Position numbers and translations under genes: made by a program. A stretch of DNA of 64,000 nt from the NCBI GenBank assembly GCA_046292385.1, contig JBKBRF010000013.1, positions 1-64,000 on the forward strand, read 5' to 3'. The notes under the pieces were generated by a model. It was not told where the DNA came from. It saw only the letters and a list, made by a program, of their open reading frames with translations, and made no database searches. The DNA comes from Armatimonadota bacterium. GTDB lineage: Bacteria > Armatimonadota > SYMT01. Shown here in pieces: positions 10,542 through 20,063 of this stretch (the stretch's first letter is position 1; each line of letters opens with the position of its first letter).

Positions 10542-11222
10542 TCAGGAGCCGGCCAGCCACCTGGCGAGTCGCCGCTGCAGCAGCTCCGGGAAGGCCGCCA
10601 GCCAGCGCTGGTTGAGCGGAGAGGGATGCGGAAGGGGACACACGGTAAGGCGCCGGGTGACCCGCTCCCCCTCGTACTCGGCCGAGATCTCACAGGTTAG
10701 CTCCGCCTCGTAGCGGTCCTCGCGCGCCCAGAGCTCGTCGAGCGCCCCCTCTGGCGCGAAAGGGCCGAACCACCTGAACGCTTCCGTTCCCAGGGTCAGC
10801 ACCACGTCGCCCTGCCAGTGGCAGGTCAGCAGCCGCGCCACCAAGGGGCGGAACCGCTCCTTCACCCGGTCCGGATAGGCCTTGTTTCCCGGCGGCTTGT
10901 AGGGGACGGTGTTGGAGAGGAAGACGTGCCGCAGCGCGCTCTCCAGGTAGCGGTCGTCCGGGGGCGGCGTCTCCCCCACCGCCTGGAGCACGCCTTCCCG
11001 CACGCGGCGTCCGGCCGCGCCGACCTGCGGCTGCGCCAGCCGCACCTCATCCCGGCCGGGGTCCCGCCCAAAGGAGCAGACCCGGGCTTCCAGGGCGCCG
11101 GCATAGGCGACCGGCACGTACGGGTCGCGGCCGGCCCGCTCGTAGACCGGCACGTCGATCGGAAAGCCGCCGCGCCGCGCTTCCGCTTCCATCTCGGCCA
11201 GCAGCTGTTGCAGGTTACTCAT
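10542..11222 (-). CDS. Uracil-DNA glycosylase superfamily protein
   Basis: GRDPGRDE...PQVGAAG, SNTVPYKPPGN, TLG and C-terminal PHPSP motifs. Confidence 0.8.
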   Translation of the reverse strand: MSNLQQLLAEMEAEARRGGFPIDVPVYERAGRDPYVPVAYAGALEARVCSFGRDPGRDEVRLAQPQVGAAGRRVREGVLQAVGETPPPDDRYLESALRHVFLSNTVPYKPPGNKAYPDRVKERFRPLVARLLTCHWQGDVVLTLGTEAFRWFGPFAPEGALDELWAREDRYEAELTCEISAEYEGERVTRRLTVCPLPHPSPLNQRWLAAFPELLQRRLARWLAGS

Positions 11223-11422
11223 TCGTCGTTAGAATCTCTGGCTATACGGCGCGCCCGCCGGAGACCGAAGTGCGGGCGTACCGCGAATCTCTTCCGCGCC
11301 GGAGCGCCGGTCCCTTCCCCTGGATCCGTAAGGGAGCGAGGGGGCGGCGGCTGGAACGCCGCAGGAAGGCGGCGGCGCGGGGGCGAACCTGATCCTGGGC
11401 GAAGGCCCCGGGGAGAGACGGA

Positions 11423-11929
11423 ATGGCCGCACAACCCTGCGTCCGCCATCCGGACCGCACCACGCTGGTGCGCTGCGGGCGCTGTGAAAAGCCGATCTGT
11501 ATCGACTGCATGGTCGACTCGCCGGTCGGCAAGAAGTGCCGGGACTGCGCGCGGAACCGCACCCACGTGGAGGAATCGAACGCGGTGCAGGTGGTCCGCG
11601 CCTTCACGGCGGCCACGGCGCTGGCGATCCCGATGGGCTGGGTGATGCACCAGATTACCCTGCTGCTGCTGCCGTTCGTCTACGGCTACGTAGTGGCGGA
11701 GGTCGGGCTCCGGGCGGGCCAACGCCGCCGGACGCTCGCCATGCAGGTCTCGGTGGGGGTCGCGGCCCTGATCGGAAGTGTGGCCGGCTTTCTTCTGCGC
11801 TGGCAGGGCGACCTGGAGCTGATCCGGGCGCTGGCGGACTCGCCTACGCTGCTGTGGGCGCTGGGAATGCCGCTTTTGGCAACGGGAATTGGCGTGGCGT
11901 GTGCCGTGGCGCGGGTGCGCTTCTGGTAA
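11423..11929 (+). CDS. B-box-like zinc-finger membrane protein
   Basis: CxxHP...CxxCxxPICxxC...CxxC followed by about 4 hydrophobic helices. Confidence 0.75.
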   Translation: MAAQPCVRHPDRTTLVRCGRCEKPICIDCMVDSPVGKKCRDCARNRTHVEESNAVQVVRAFTAATALAIPMGWVMHQITLLLLPFVYGYVVAEVGLRAGQRRRTLAMQVSVGVAALIGSVAGFLLRWQGDLELIRALADSPTLLWALGMPLLATGIGVACAVARVRFW

Positions 11930-11953
11930 GTCGCGACGGCGGAAAGTAGAAGC

Positions 11954-12664
11954 ATGGCGTTACAGATCGAGGAAATCCTGGCGCTGCAGGCGCTGGACAT
12001 CGAGATCGGCAAGCTGGAAGCGGAGCTGGCGGCGCTCGATCGCGGCGAGCGGGTAGAGCGAGCGCTGGCGGCGCGGCAGGCGCGGCTGGAGAACGCGGAC
12101 CGCCGCCTGCGCGGCCTGGAGGCGGAGCAGCGCCACACCGAGCTGGAGCTGAAGGCGCTGGAGGAGAAGAAGCACGCGGAGTCGCGCAAGCTCTACGAGG
12201 GCCGCATCACCGCGCCCCGGGAGCTGCAGGCACTCCAGGCGGAAGTCGACGCCCTGGAGCGGCAGCGCCAGAGGCTGGACGAGTCGATCCTACGGCGCAT
12301 CGACGAGGTGGAGGCCGCGCGGCAGACGCGCGATACCGCGCAGGCCTCCGTCGACGAAGCCGAGAAGGCGCTGGCCGTGCTGCAAAAGCGGTACGAGAAG
12401 GCGCGGCAGCGGATCGAGGGCCAGGTCGCGAAGCTGACGCCGGAGCGGGAGCGGCTGGCGAGCGTGATCAAGCCGGACGTGCTCCGCCGGTACAATGACA
12501 TCCGCCGCCGCAACCACAACATCGGCGCGGCGCGGGTGGAGAACGGCGCCTGCGGTGGCTGCCGCATGAAGGTCGGCGCCGCGCTGCTCCGCCGCTTGCT
12601 GGCGAGCGACAGCTACGTCTACTGCGAAAGCTGCACGCGCTTCCTGTTCCCGGAAGCCGAGTAG
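11954..12664 (+). CDS. Coiled-coil protein with C4 zinc ribbon (DUF164/CT398-like)
   Basis: LQALDIEI N-terminus, long coiled coil, and CGGC...CESC at the C-terminus. Confidence 0.88.
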   Translation: MALQIEEILALQALDIEIGKLEAELAALDRGERVERALAARQARLENADRRLRGLEAEQRHTELELKALEEKKHAESRKLYEGRITAPRELQALQAEVDALERQRQRLDESILRRIDEVEAARQTRDTAQASVDEAEKALAVLQKRYEKARQRIEGQVAKLTPERERLASVIKPDVLRRYNDIRRRNHNIGAARVENGACGGCRMKVGAALLRRLLASDSYVYCESCTRFLFPEAE

Positions 12665-13836
12665 CTCCGCGCCCAGCGCACCACCTGACGGTACAGTCGC
12701 TCCTCCGCCCCGGTGAGGAGGAGCGACGCCTTCCCCCGCACCCCGGGCCGCGCCCGCAACAGGCGGTAGCTGAAGCGGTCCCGCGCCCCCCACCGGTACT
12801 TGTAGCTCTCGTCGCCGCGGAGGAAGTCGAGCTCTCTCGCTCCTTCCCGGACCGCCTCCCGCGCGGCGTGCGCGATCAGGAGATTGCCGGGACCGTGCTT
12901 TCCCAGCTCCGGCTCCAGGCCGCCGGCGTAGTAGTAGAGCCGGTCGCCGGACTGAAACCCGTAGAAGGCGGCCGCGTCCCGCCCGCCGATCCGCAGCAGG
13001 TAGAGCCGCAGCAGTCCGCGCGCTTCCAGGGCCTCCGCGGCCTCCCGGTGGAACCGGCGGACCCGCTCCCCTGCAAAGCTCCCCGGCAGACCGCGGGACC
13101 GCCAGCGCCGGGCGTGCAGTTGAAAGAAGCGCTCCAGGCAGGGCTGCAGCCCCACCTCGCGAACGGAGAGTAGTTCAAGACCGCTCTCCCGCGCCAGCCG
13201 GCGGCGACTGTAGCGCAGTCCTTCCCGCAGCCCCCGCGGGAGGGTGTCTTCCCAGCTCTCGTCGCACGGCGGCAGCGGTAGGTAGGGGCAGGTCTCCTGC
13301 ACGGAGCCGCTCCCCAGCTCCGGCCGCAGGAGCAGGGGTGATTCCGGCCGGAGGTGGCGGAAGTCGCAGCAGTCCCACCCCTCGCCCTGGTCGAGCCATT
13401 CCGCCAGGGAGGCGAGGACCGGTGCCTCCCAGCCCGGCGCGACCAGGAGATCGAGGTAGTCCGAGTGACCGCAGCCGAGCAGCCGCAGCCGCCGCAGCGG
13501 CAGCCGCCGCAGCGGCAGCCCTGGGGAGGCGCTGAGGGTGAACGCCGCCAGACCGACGAGCCGCCCCTCCGCGCGCCAGGCGAGGGTGAGAAGCCGTCCC
13601 CGCCCGAGGTGCCGCCACCACGGCAGCAGCCAGGCCGGACTCTGGAACGGAGTCGCTCCGGGAGTGCGCCCCCACAGCTCCCACCACTCCGCCTCCAGAT
13701 CCGCCAGGGCCGGCTCGCCTTCCCGGAGATCGCGCTGCAGCAGACCCGCAGGAAACCGGAGGTCCGTTATCGGTATCAAAGAAGCTGGCTGCTCCCGGAG
13801 GCCCGCTCCGGCCCGCGCGGATCGATCGGATTCCAC
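12619..13836 (-). CDS. GNAT family acetyltransferase (CelD/BcsL-like); start uncertain
   Basis: TPFQSPAWLLPWW, SDYLDLL, GPGNLL and LDFLRGDESYKYRW motifs. Confidence 0.85.
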   Translation of the reverse strand: MESDRSARAGAGLREQPASLIPITDLRFPAGLLQRDLREGEPALADLEAEWWELWGRTPGATPFQSPAWLLPWWRHLGRGRLLTLAWRAEGRLVGLAAFTLSASPGLPLRRLPLRRLRLLGCGHSDYLDLLVAPGWEAPVLASLAEWLDQGEGWDCCDFRHLRPESPLLLRPELGSGSVQETCPYLPLPPCDESWEDTLPRGLREGLRYSRRRLARESGLELLSVREVGLQPCLERFFQLHARRWRSRGLPGSFAGERVRRFHREAAEALEARGLLRLYLLRIGGRDAAAFYGFQSGDRLYYYAGGLEPELGKHGPGNLLIAHAAREAVREGARELDFLRGDESYKYRWGARDRFSYRLLRARPGVRGKASLLLTGAEERLYRQVVRWARSYSASGNRKRVQLSQ

Positions 13837-13839
13837 GGC

Positions 13840-16800
13840 ATGATTCCTGCCCGTCTACTCTGGCCCCTGGCCGCCCTGCTCGGTGTCGCCCCCGCTTTCG
13901 CGGCCCTCGCGCCCGCCCCGCCGCCGCCGGCGCGTGGGACGGCTCCCACCGCGGAGACGGAGAAGCTCTTCGAAGAGAAGGTACGCCCTCTCCTCTTCGA
14001 GAAGTGCTTCTCCTGCCACGGAGACACGAAGCAGTTCGGCGACCTGCGCCTCGATTCCCGCGCGGCGCTGCTGAAAGGCGGCACCACCGGTCCGGCAGTG
14101 GTTCCCGGAGACCCGGAGAAGAGCCTGCTGATCCAGGCGGTGCATCAGAGCGGCGCGCTCAAGATGCCGCCGGCCGGTAAGCTGACCCCGGCGCAGGTTG
14201 CCGACCTGGAGCGGTGGGTCCGGCTCGGCGCCTACTGGCCGGAGCCCCGCGGTGGGAAGCCGAAAGCAGCCGAAGCCCCGCACTGGGCGTTCCTGCCGGT
14301 GCGCCCGCAGCGGCCGCCCGCGGTGAAGGACTCCGCCTGGGCCCGGAACCCGATCGACGCCTTCCTCCGCGCCCGGCTCGAGGCCGCCGGCCTGCCTCCC
14401 GCGGCTCCGGCCGATCGCCGCACGCTGATCCGGCGCGTCACCTTCGACCTGATCGGGCTGCCGCCCACGCCCGCGGAGGTGCAGGCGTTCGTCTCGGACC
14501 GGTCGCCGGACGCCTTCGAGAAGGTGGTCGACCGCCTCCTCGCCTCCCCGCACTTCGGGGAGCGCTGGGGCCGGCACTGGCTCGACCTGGTCCGCTACTG
14601 CGACTCGTTCGACGCGCGCCTGCTGGGGGAGAACAACGGCGGCAACGTGATGGACGTCCGGGACGCCTGGCGCTACCGCGATTGGGTGGTCTCCGCCCTG
14701 AACCGCGACCTCCCCTACGACCGGTTCCTGACGCACCAGGTGGCGGGCGACCTCCTCACCGCCCGCGGTGAGGCCGGAGTGGACGGCATCATCGCCACCG
14801 GCATGCTCGCGATCGGCAACTGGGGCGGCGGGGACGCGGACAAGGAGAAGCTGCTCACCGACATCGCGGACGACCAGCTCGACGTCGTGAGCCGCACCTT
14901 TATGGGGGTTACCCTCTCCTGCGCCCGCTGCCACGACCACAAGTTCGACCCGTTCACCACGCAGGACTACTACGCGCTCGCGGGGATCTTCTTCAGCACC
15001 CACATTCTGGAGAACGTCGGGCCCAAGACGAACGGCCCTCCGATGCTCCGGATTCCGCTGCTCACGCCCGCGGAGAAGCAGGCGCGCGAGCGGTACGCGG
15101 CGCGCGCGGCGGAGCTGGAGGGCGAGCTGAAGCGCGAGACGGAGGCGGCCTACACCGCCCACGCCCAGAAGATGCTGCCCGAGACGGCGCGCTACCTCAC
15201 CGCCGCCTGGGAGGCCACCCGGGGCGGCGGCACAGCAGGCCTGGAGCGGCTGGCCGCCGAGCGCGGCCTGCAGCCGGCGGCCCTCTCCCGCTGGATCGAC
15301 TACCTCGGCCTGAGCGACTACCCGCTGATGACGGTGCCGGTCAGCGCCCATCTCGGCGTCGAGCAGATCTTCGCGTGGAAGGGAGCGGCCGACACGCCCT
15401 CGCTGACGGTGAACGCCACCGACCGTGAGCAGACCCTGTTCACGTTCAAGCTGCCGCCGCGCTCCGTCTCCGTCCACCCGGGACCGAGCAACGGGGTCGC
15501 CGTGAACTGGACCAGCCCGCTCAGCGGGGAGGTGGAGGTGACACTCGCGGCGGCGGATGCCGACCCGGTCTCGGGGGACGGGGTGGCGTGGGCGCTCGAC
15601 CACCGGGGCACCGGCGGCGTGCGCGAGCTGGCCGCGGGCAACCTCCCGAACGGCGGCGCCGGTGGAACCGCCTCGCCGGTCACCGTCCGCGTGGCTCGCG
15701 GCGAGACGCTGCAGCTCCTGATCCTGCCGAAGAACGGGCACGGCTGGGACACCACCACCGTCCGCTTCACCCTCCGGGAGAAGGACGGCGCCCGCGCGTG
15801 GGACCTGGCAGAGGATGTCATTCCGGATCCGCTGCTCGGAGGGCGCGGCAACCCGCGGCCGGACCGCTACGGCAACGCGGGGGTCTGGAGCTTCCGGGAC
15901 ATGGCAGACCGCAGCCGCGGCGGCGGGATCCGGTCGGACGACCCCGCCCTGGCCGCCTGGAGTGAAGCCCTGCGGACCGCGCCCGCCGGCGACGCCGCGC
16001 GGCCCCGGATCGAAGCCGCAGCCGCGGCGTTCGCGCGCTCGTTCCAGCTCGTCGATGCCCGCAGCCCGTTCTGGCCCGCCGCCGGCGGGGAAAGTGCCCT
16101 GGAGGCACCGGCCCGAGAGCGCCTGGCACGGCTCCGCGCGGCCCTGGAGGAGCACCGCCGCCAGGCCCCGCCTCCCGTGCAGTACGCCAACGGCGCGCAG
16201 GAGGGCGGCGTGCCCGGCAGCCCGCACGCCGGCGTGCACGACGTGCCGGTCCACATCCGCGGCAGCTACTCACGCCTCGGGGAGGTGGTCCCCCGCCGCT
16301 TCCCGGTGGTGCTCGCCGGGGAGCAGCAGCCGCCGCTGCGAGAGGGCAGCGGCCGCCTGGAGCTGGCCCGGTGGCTCGCTTCCCCGGAGAACCCGCTGAC
16401 GGCGCGGGTGATGGTGAACCGCGTCTGGCAGCACCTCTTCGGCGAAGGCCTGGTGCGAACTCCCAGTAACTTCGGCAAGCTCGGCGAGCCGCCGACCCAT
16501 CCCGAATTGCTGGATTATCTCGCCTCGGTCTTTACTTCCCCCGCCAGCGGCGACACTTCGGTGGCAGGCGCCGGGACAGAGAGACGGAGCGACGGAGAGA
16601 CAGAGCGAGTCCGAACCGCCGCTTTGCGTGGGCCAGCCGTCGCATCTGGAAGTAAGGGTTCGAAATTCATCCCTCATCCCTCATCCTTCATCCCTCAAGA
16701 GGGGCTCGGATGGAGCGTGAAGCGGTTAATCCGGCTGATGGTGCTCTCCTCCGCCTACCAGCAGAGCAGCGCGGGCGATCCGCGGACCGAGGCACGGGAT

Positions 16801-17316
16801 CCGGACAACCGGCTCTTCGGGCGGCAGAACCGCCGCCGGCTGGAAGCGGAGCTGCTGCGGGACAGCCTGCTGGCGGTCACCGGCACGCTCGACCGGCGCC
16901 AGGAAGGACCGGCGACGCGCGACTTCAACGATCCGCGGCGCACTCTCTACCAGATGACGGTCCGCTCCGACCGCTCCGGCTACGGGCCGCTCTTCGACGT
17001 CGCGGACCCGACCGCGCACGTGGACAGGCGAACCGTCTCCACGGTCGCCCCGCAGGCGCTGTTCATGCTGAACCACCCGTTCGTGCTCGCCCGCGCGAAG
17101 ACCCTGGCGGAGCGGGTCCGGCGGGAGGCGCCCGAGAGCCTCTCCCGCATCCGGCTGGCCTACCTGCTGCTCTACGGACGGCCCCCGCGCAGCGCGGAGC
17201 TGGCGCTGGGCCAGCAGTTCCTCCGCGAGGCGGAGGCGGCGGGGCAGGGCGAGCGGGCGTGGGAGGAGTACGCCCTCGTGCTGCTCTGTGCGAACGAGTT
17301 TACGTACGTGGATTAG
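13840..17316 (+). CDS. Planctomycete cytochrome c / DUF1549 / DUF1553 (PSD1) protein with in-frame repeat insert
   Basis: Signal peptide, CFSCH and CARCHDHKFDP heme motifs, GERWGRHWLD, ARVMVNRVWQHLFG and PQALFMLN. Confidence 0.92.
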   Translation: MIPARLLWPLAALLGVAPAFAALAPAPPPPARGTAPTAETEKLFEEKVRPLLFEKCFSCHGDTKQFGDLRLDSRAALLKGGTTGPAVVPGDPEKSLLIQAVHQSGALKMPPAGKLTPAQVADLERWVRLGAYWPEPRGGKPKAAEAPHWAFLPVRPQRPPAVKDSAWARNPIDAFLRARLEAAGLPPAAPADRRTLIRRVTFDLIGLPPTPAEVQAFVSDRSPDAFEKVVDRLLASPHFGERWGRHWLDLVRYCDSFDARLLGENNGGNVMDVRDAWRYRDWVVSALNRDLPYDRFLTHQVAGDLLTARGEAGVDGIIATGMLAIGNWGGGDADKEKLLTDIADDQLDVVSRTFMGVTLSCARCHDHKFDPFTTQDYYALAGIFFSTHILENVGPKTNGPPMLRIPLLTPAEKQARERYAARAAELEGELKRETEAAYTAHAQKMLPETARYLTAAWEATRGGGTAGLERLAAERGLQPAALSRWIDYLGLSDYPLMTVPVSAHLGVEQIFAWKGAADTPSLTVNATDREQTLFTFKLPPRSVSVHPGPSNGVAVNWTSPLSGEVEVTLAAADADPVSGDGVAWALDHRGTGGVRELAAGNLPNGGAGGTASPVTVRVARGETLQLLILPKNGHGWDTTTVRFTLREKDGARAWDLAEDVIPDPLLGGRGNPRPDRYGNAGVWSFRDMADRSRGGGIRSDDPALAAWSEALRTAPAGDAARPRIEAAAAAFARSFQLVDARSPFWPAAGGESALEAPARERLARLRAALEEHRRQAPPPVQYANGAQEGGVPGSPHAGVHDVPVHIRGSYSRLGEVVPRRFPVVLAGEQQPPLREGSGRLELARWLASPENPLTARVMVNRVWQHLFGEGLVRTPSNFGKLGEPPTHPELLDYLASVFTSPASGDTSVAGAGTERRSDGETERVRTAALRGPAVASGSKGSKFIPHPSSFIPQEGLGWSVKRLIRLMVLSSAYQQSSAGDPRTEARDPDNRLFGRQNRRRLEAELLRDSLLAVTGTLDRRQEGPATRDFNDPRRTLYQMTVRSDRSGYGPLFDVADPTAHVDRRTVSTVAPQALFMLNHPFVLARAKTLAERVRREAPESLSRIRLAYLLLYGRPPRSAELALGQQFLREAEAAGQGERAWEEYALVLLCANEFTYVD
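16534..16707 (+). mobile_element. In-frame 58-codon repeat-containing insert in the DUF1553 domain
   Basis: Separates HPELLDYLASVF from GWSVKRL. Contains GACAGAGA-type octamers and TCATCC(C/T) heptamers. The core is 91/97 identical to 36715-36811. Confidence 0.6.
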
Positions 17317-17325
17317 AGGCTCCCG

Positions 17326-18741
<1,416 letters not shown>

Positions 18742-18745
18742 GGAT

Positions 18746-19059
18746 TCCGAACCTGATTTCACCACAGAGCGCACAGAGGACACAGAGGCGGCACGGAGAG
18801 GGGAACAGAGGGTTGGGGCCGGATCCGCTTCCCGAGTCATTCAGCGGCCCCGGTCCGAGCCGGAATTCACCGCAGAGGACGCGGAGAGCGCAGAGGGAAC
18901 GCAGAGGAAGAGCACCGCAGGGATGGCCTGGCTCGCCTGTCGAACCGTTCAGCGGCCCCGCAGTTTCTCCTCCTGGTTCCCCTCTCTGCGTCCTCTGCGC
19001 TCTCTGCGGTGAATTCCCGTTCCGGTTCCTCTCGGTGTGCTCGGTGCGCTCTGTGGTGA
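18746..19059. repeat. Nested inverted-repeat element built from C(A/G)CAGAG nonamer-type repeats (MITE-like)
   Basis: Perfect 16-bp IRs at 18759-18774/19044-19059 and 18862-18877/19002-19017. TTCAGCGGCCCC occurs twice inside. Confidence 0.85.
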
Positions 19060-19069
19060 GTGAACGCGT

Positions 19070-19816
19070 CTACCGCCCGCGCTTCTGCTGGAAGAGCCAG
19101 GTAGCGAATTCCGGATCGTTGTAGGCCGGGTCCCAGCTGTTGTGACCGACGCCCGGGTACTCCGTGTACTTCACGCGGGTGCCGCCGGCCGCCTTGATCG
19201 CCTCCACCATCTCGCGGGAGTGTTGGACCGGAACGGCCTCGTCCTTGTCGCCGTGGAAGACCCAGATCGGGAGCTTGGTGAGCTTCGGCCCCATCTCGGC
19301 GGGGTTGCCGCGGCCGCAGATCGGCGCGACCGCCGCCCACCGCTCCGGGTGCTGCGAAGCGAGCGCCCAGCTTCCGAAGCCGCCCATGGAGAGGCCGGTC
19401 AGATACTGCCGGTCCCGGTCGATGCGGTACTCCTTCAGCGTCTGGTCGAGCGCTCCGAGCGCGACCGGCTTCATGCTCTCCCGGTCCCACCACTCGTTCG
19501 GCAGGCACTGCGGCATCACCACGATGCCCGGGAAGCGGTCCGCGTGCATCCGGATGGCGCCGCCGATGCCGACCTGGCTCTGCGCCAGGCCGTCGGTGCC
19601 GCGCTCGCCCGCGCCGTGGAGGAAGAGCACCACCGGCCACGCTTTGTCCGGGGTGTAGTTGCGCGGCACGTAGACCACGTAAGGATGCTCTCTGCCGTTG
19701 ATCTGGATCGTCTTGTTCAGGAAGCCGGTAGGCGTCATACGCGTCTGTGCGGTCAGTGGCTGCGCCGCCAGGAGGGCCCCTCCGATCAGCAGCAGCGTGA
19801 AGTGTCGTCTGTCCAT
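19070..19816 (-). CDS. Secreted alpha/beta hydrolase (phospholipase/carboxylesterase or predicted peptidase)
   Basis: LFLHGAGERG, GLSMGG nucleophile elbow, WVFHGDKD and GHNSW. Confidence 0.9.
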   Translation of the reverse strand: MDRRHFTLLLIGGALLAAQPLTAQTRMTPTGFLNKTIQINGREHPYVVYVPRNYTPDKAWPVVLFLHGAGERGTDGLAQSQVGIGGAIRMHADRFPGIVVMPQCLPNEWWDRESMKPVALGALDQTLKEYRIDRDRQYLTGLSMGGFGSWALASQHPERWAAVAPICGRGNPAEMGPKLTKLPIWVFHGDKDEAVPVQHSREMVEAIKAAGGTRVKYTEYPGVGHNSWDPAYNDPEFATWLFQQKRGR

Positions 19817-19898
19817 CGTCGGTCCGCTGGCATCAATCGGAGGAGTCTGAACCGGAGAAGAGCTTCGCCGGGGGGCGGGGTCGCACCTCTTCGCGGAG

Positions 19899-20063
19899 CC
19901 AGGGTGTAGTATAGGGGATAGGGTGTAGATCGGTGGCGGCGGGGTGCGCCACTCGAGTACGACCGCTCCTGCTCCACGCCTGCCGAATGGAGCGATGCGT
20001 CTCGGTTTGGGTCAGCCCCGCCAGCCGAGCGTCTACACCCTGGACCCTAAACCCTATCCCCTA
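19899..20063. repeat. Inverted element of TAGGG-type heptamers overlapping the sbcC stop
   Basis: taggggatagggt (19912-19924) pairs with accctatccccta (20051-20063), and ccagggtgtag pairs with ctacaccctgg. Confidence 0.75.

Noticed and set aside
16534..16707. Insert as an intein or self-splicing intron
   Set aside because: No C-terminal His-Asn before a nucleophile, too short for a Hint fold, and no group I/II core recognised.
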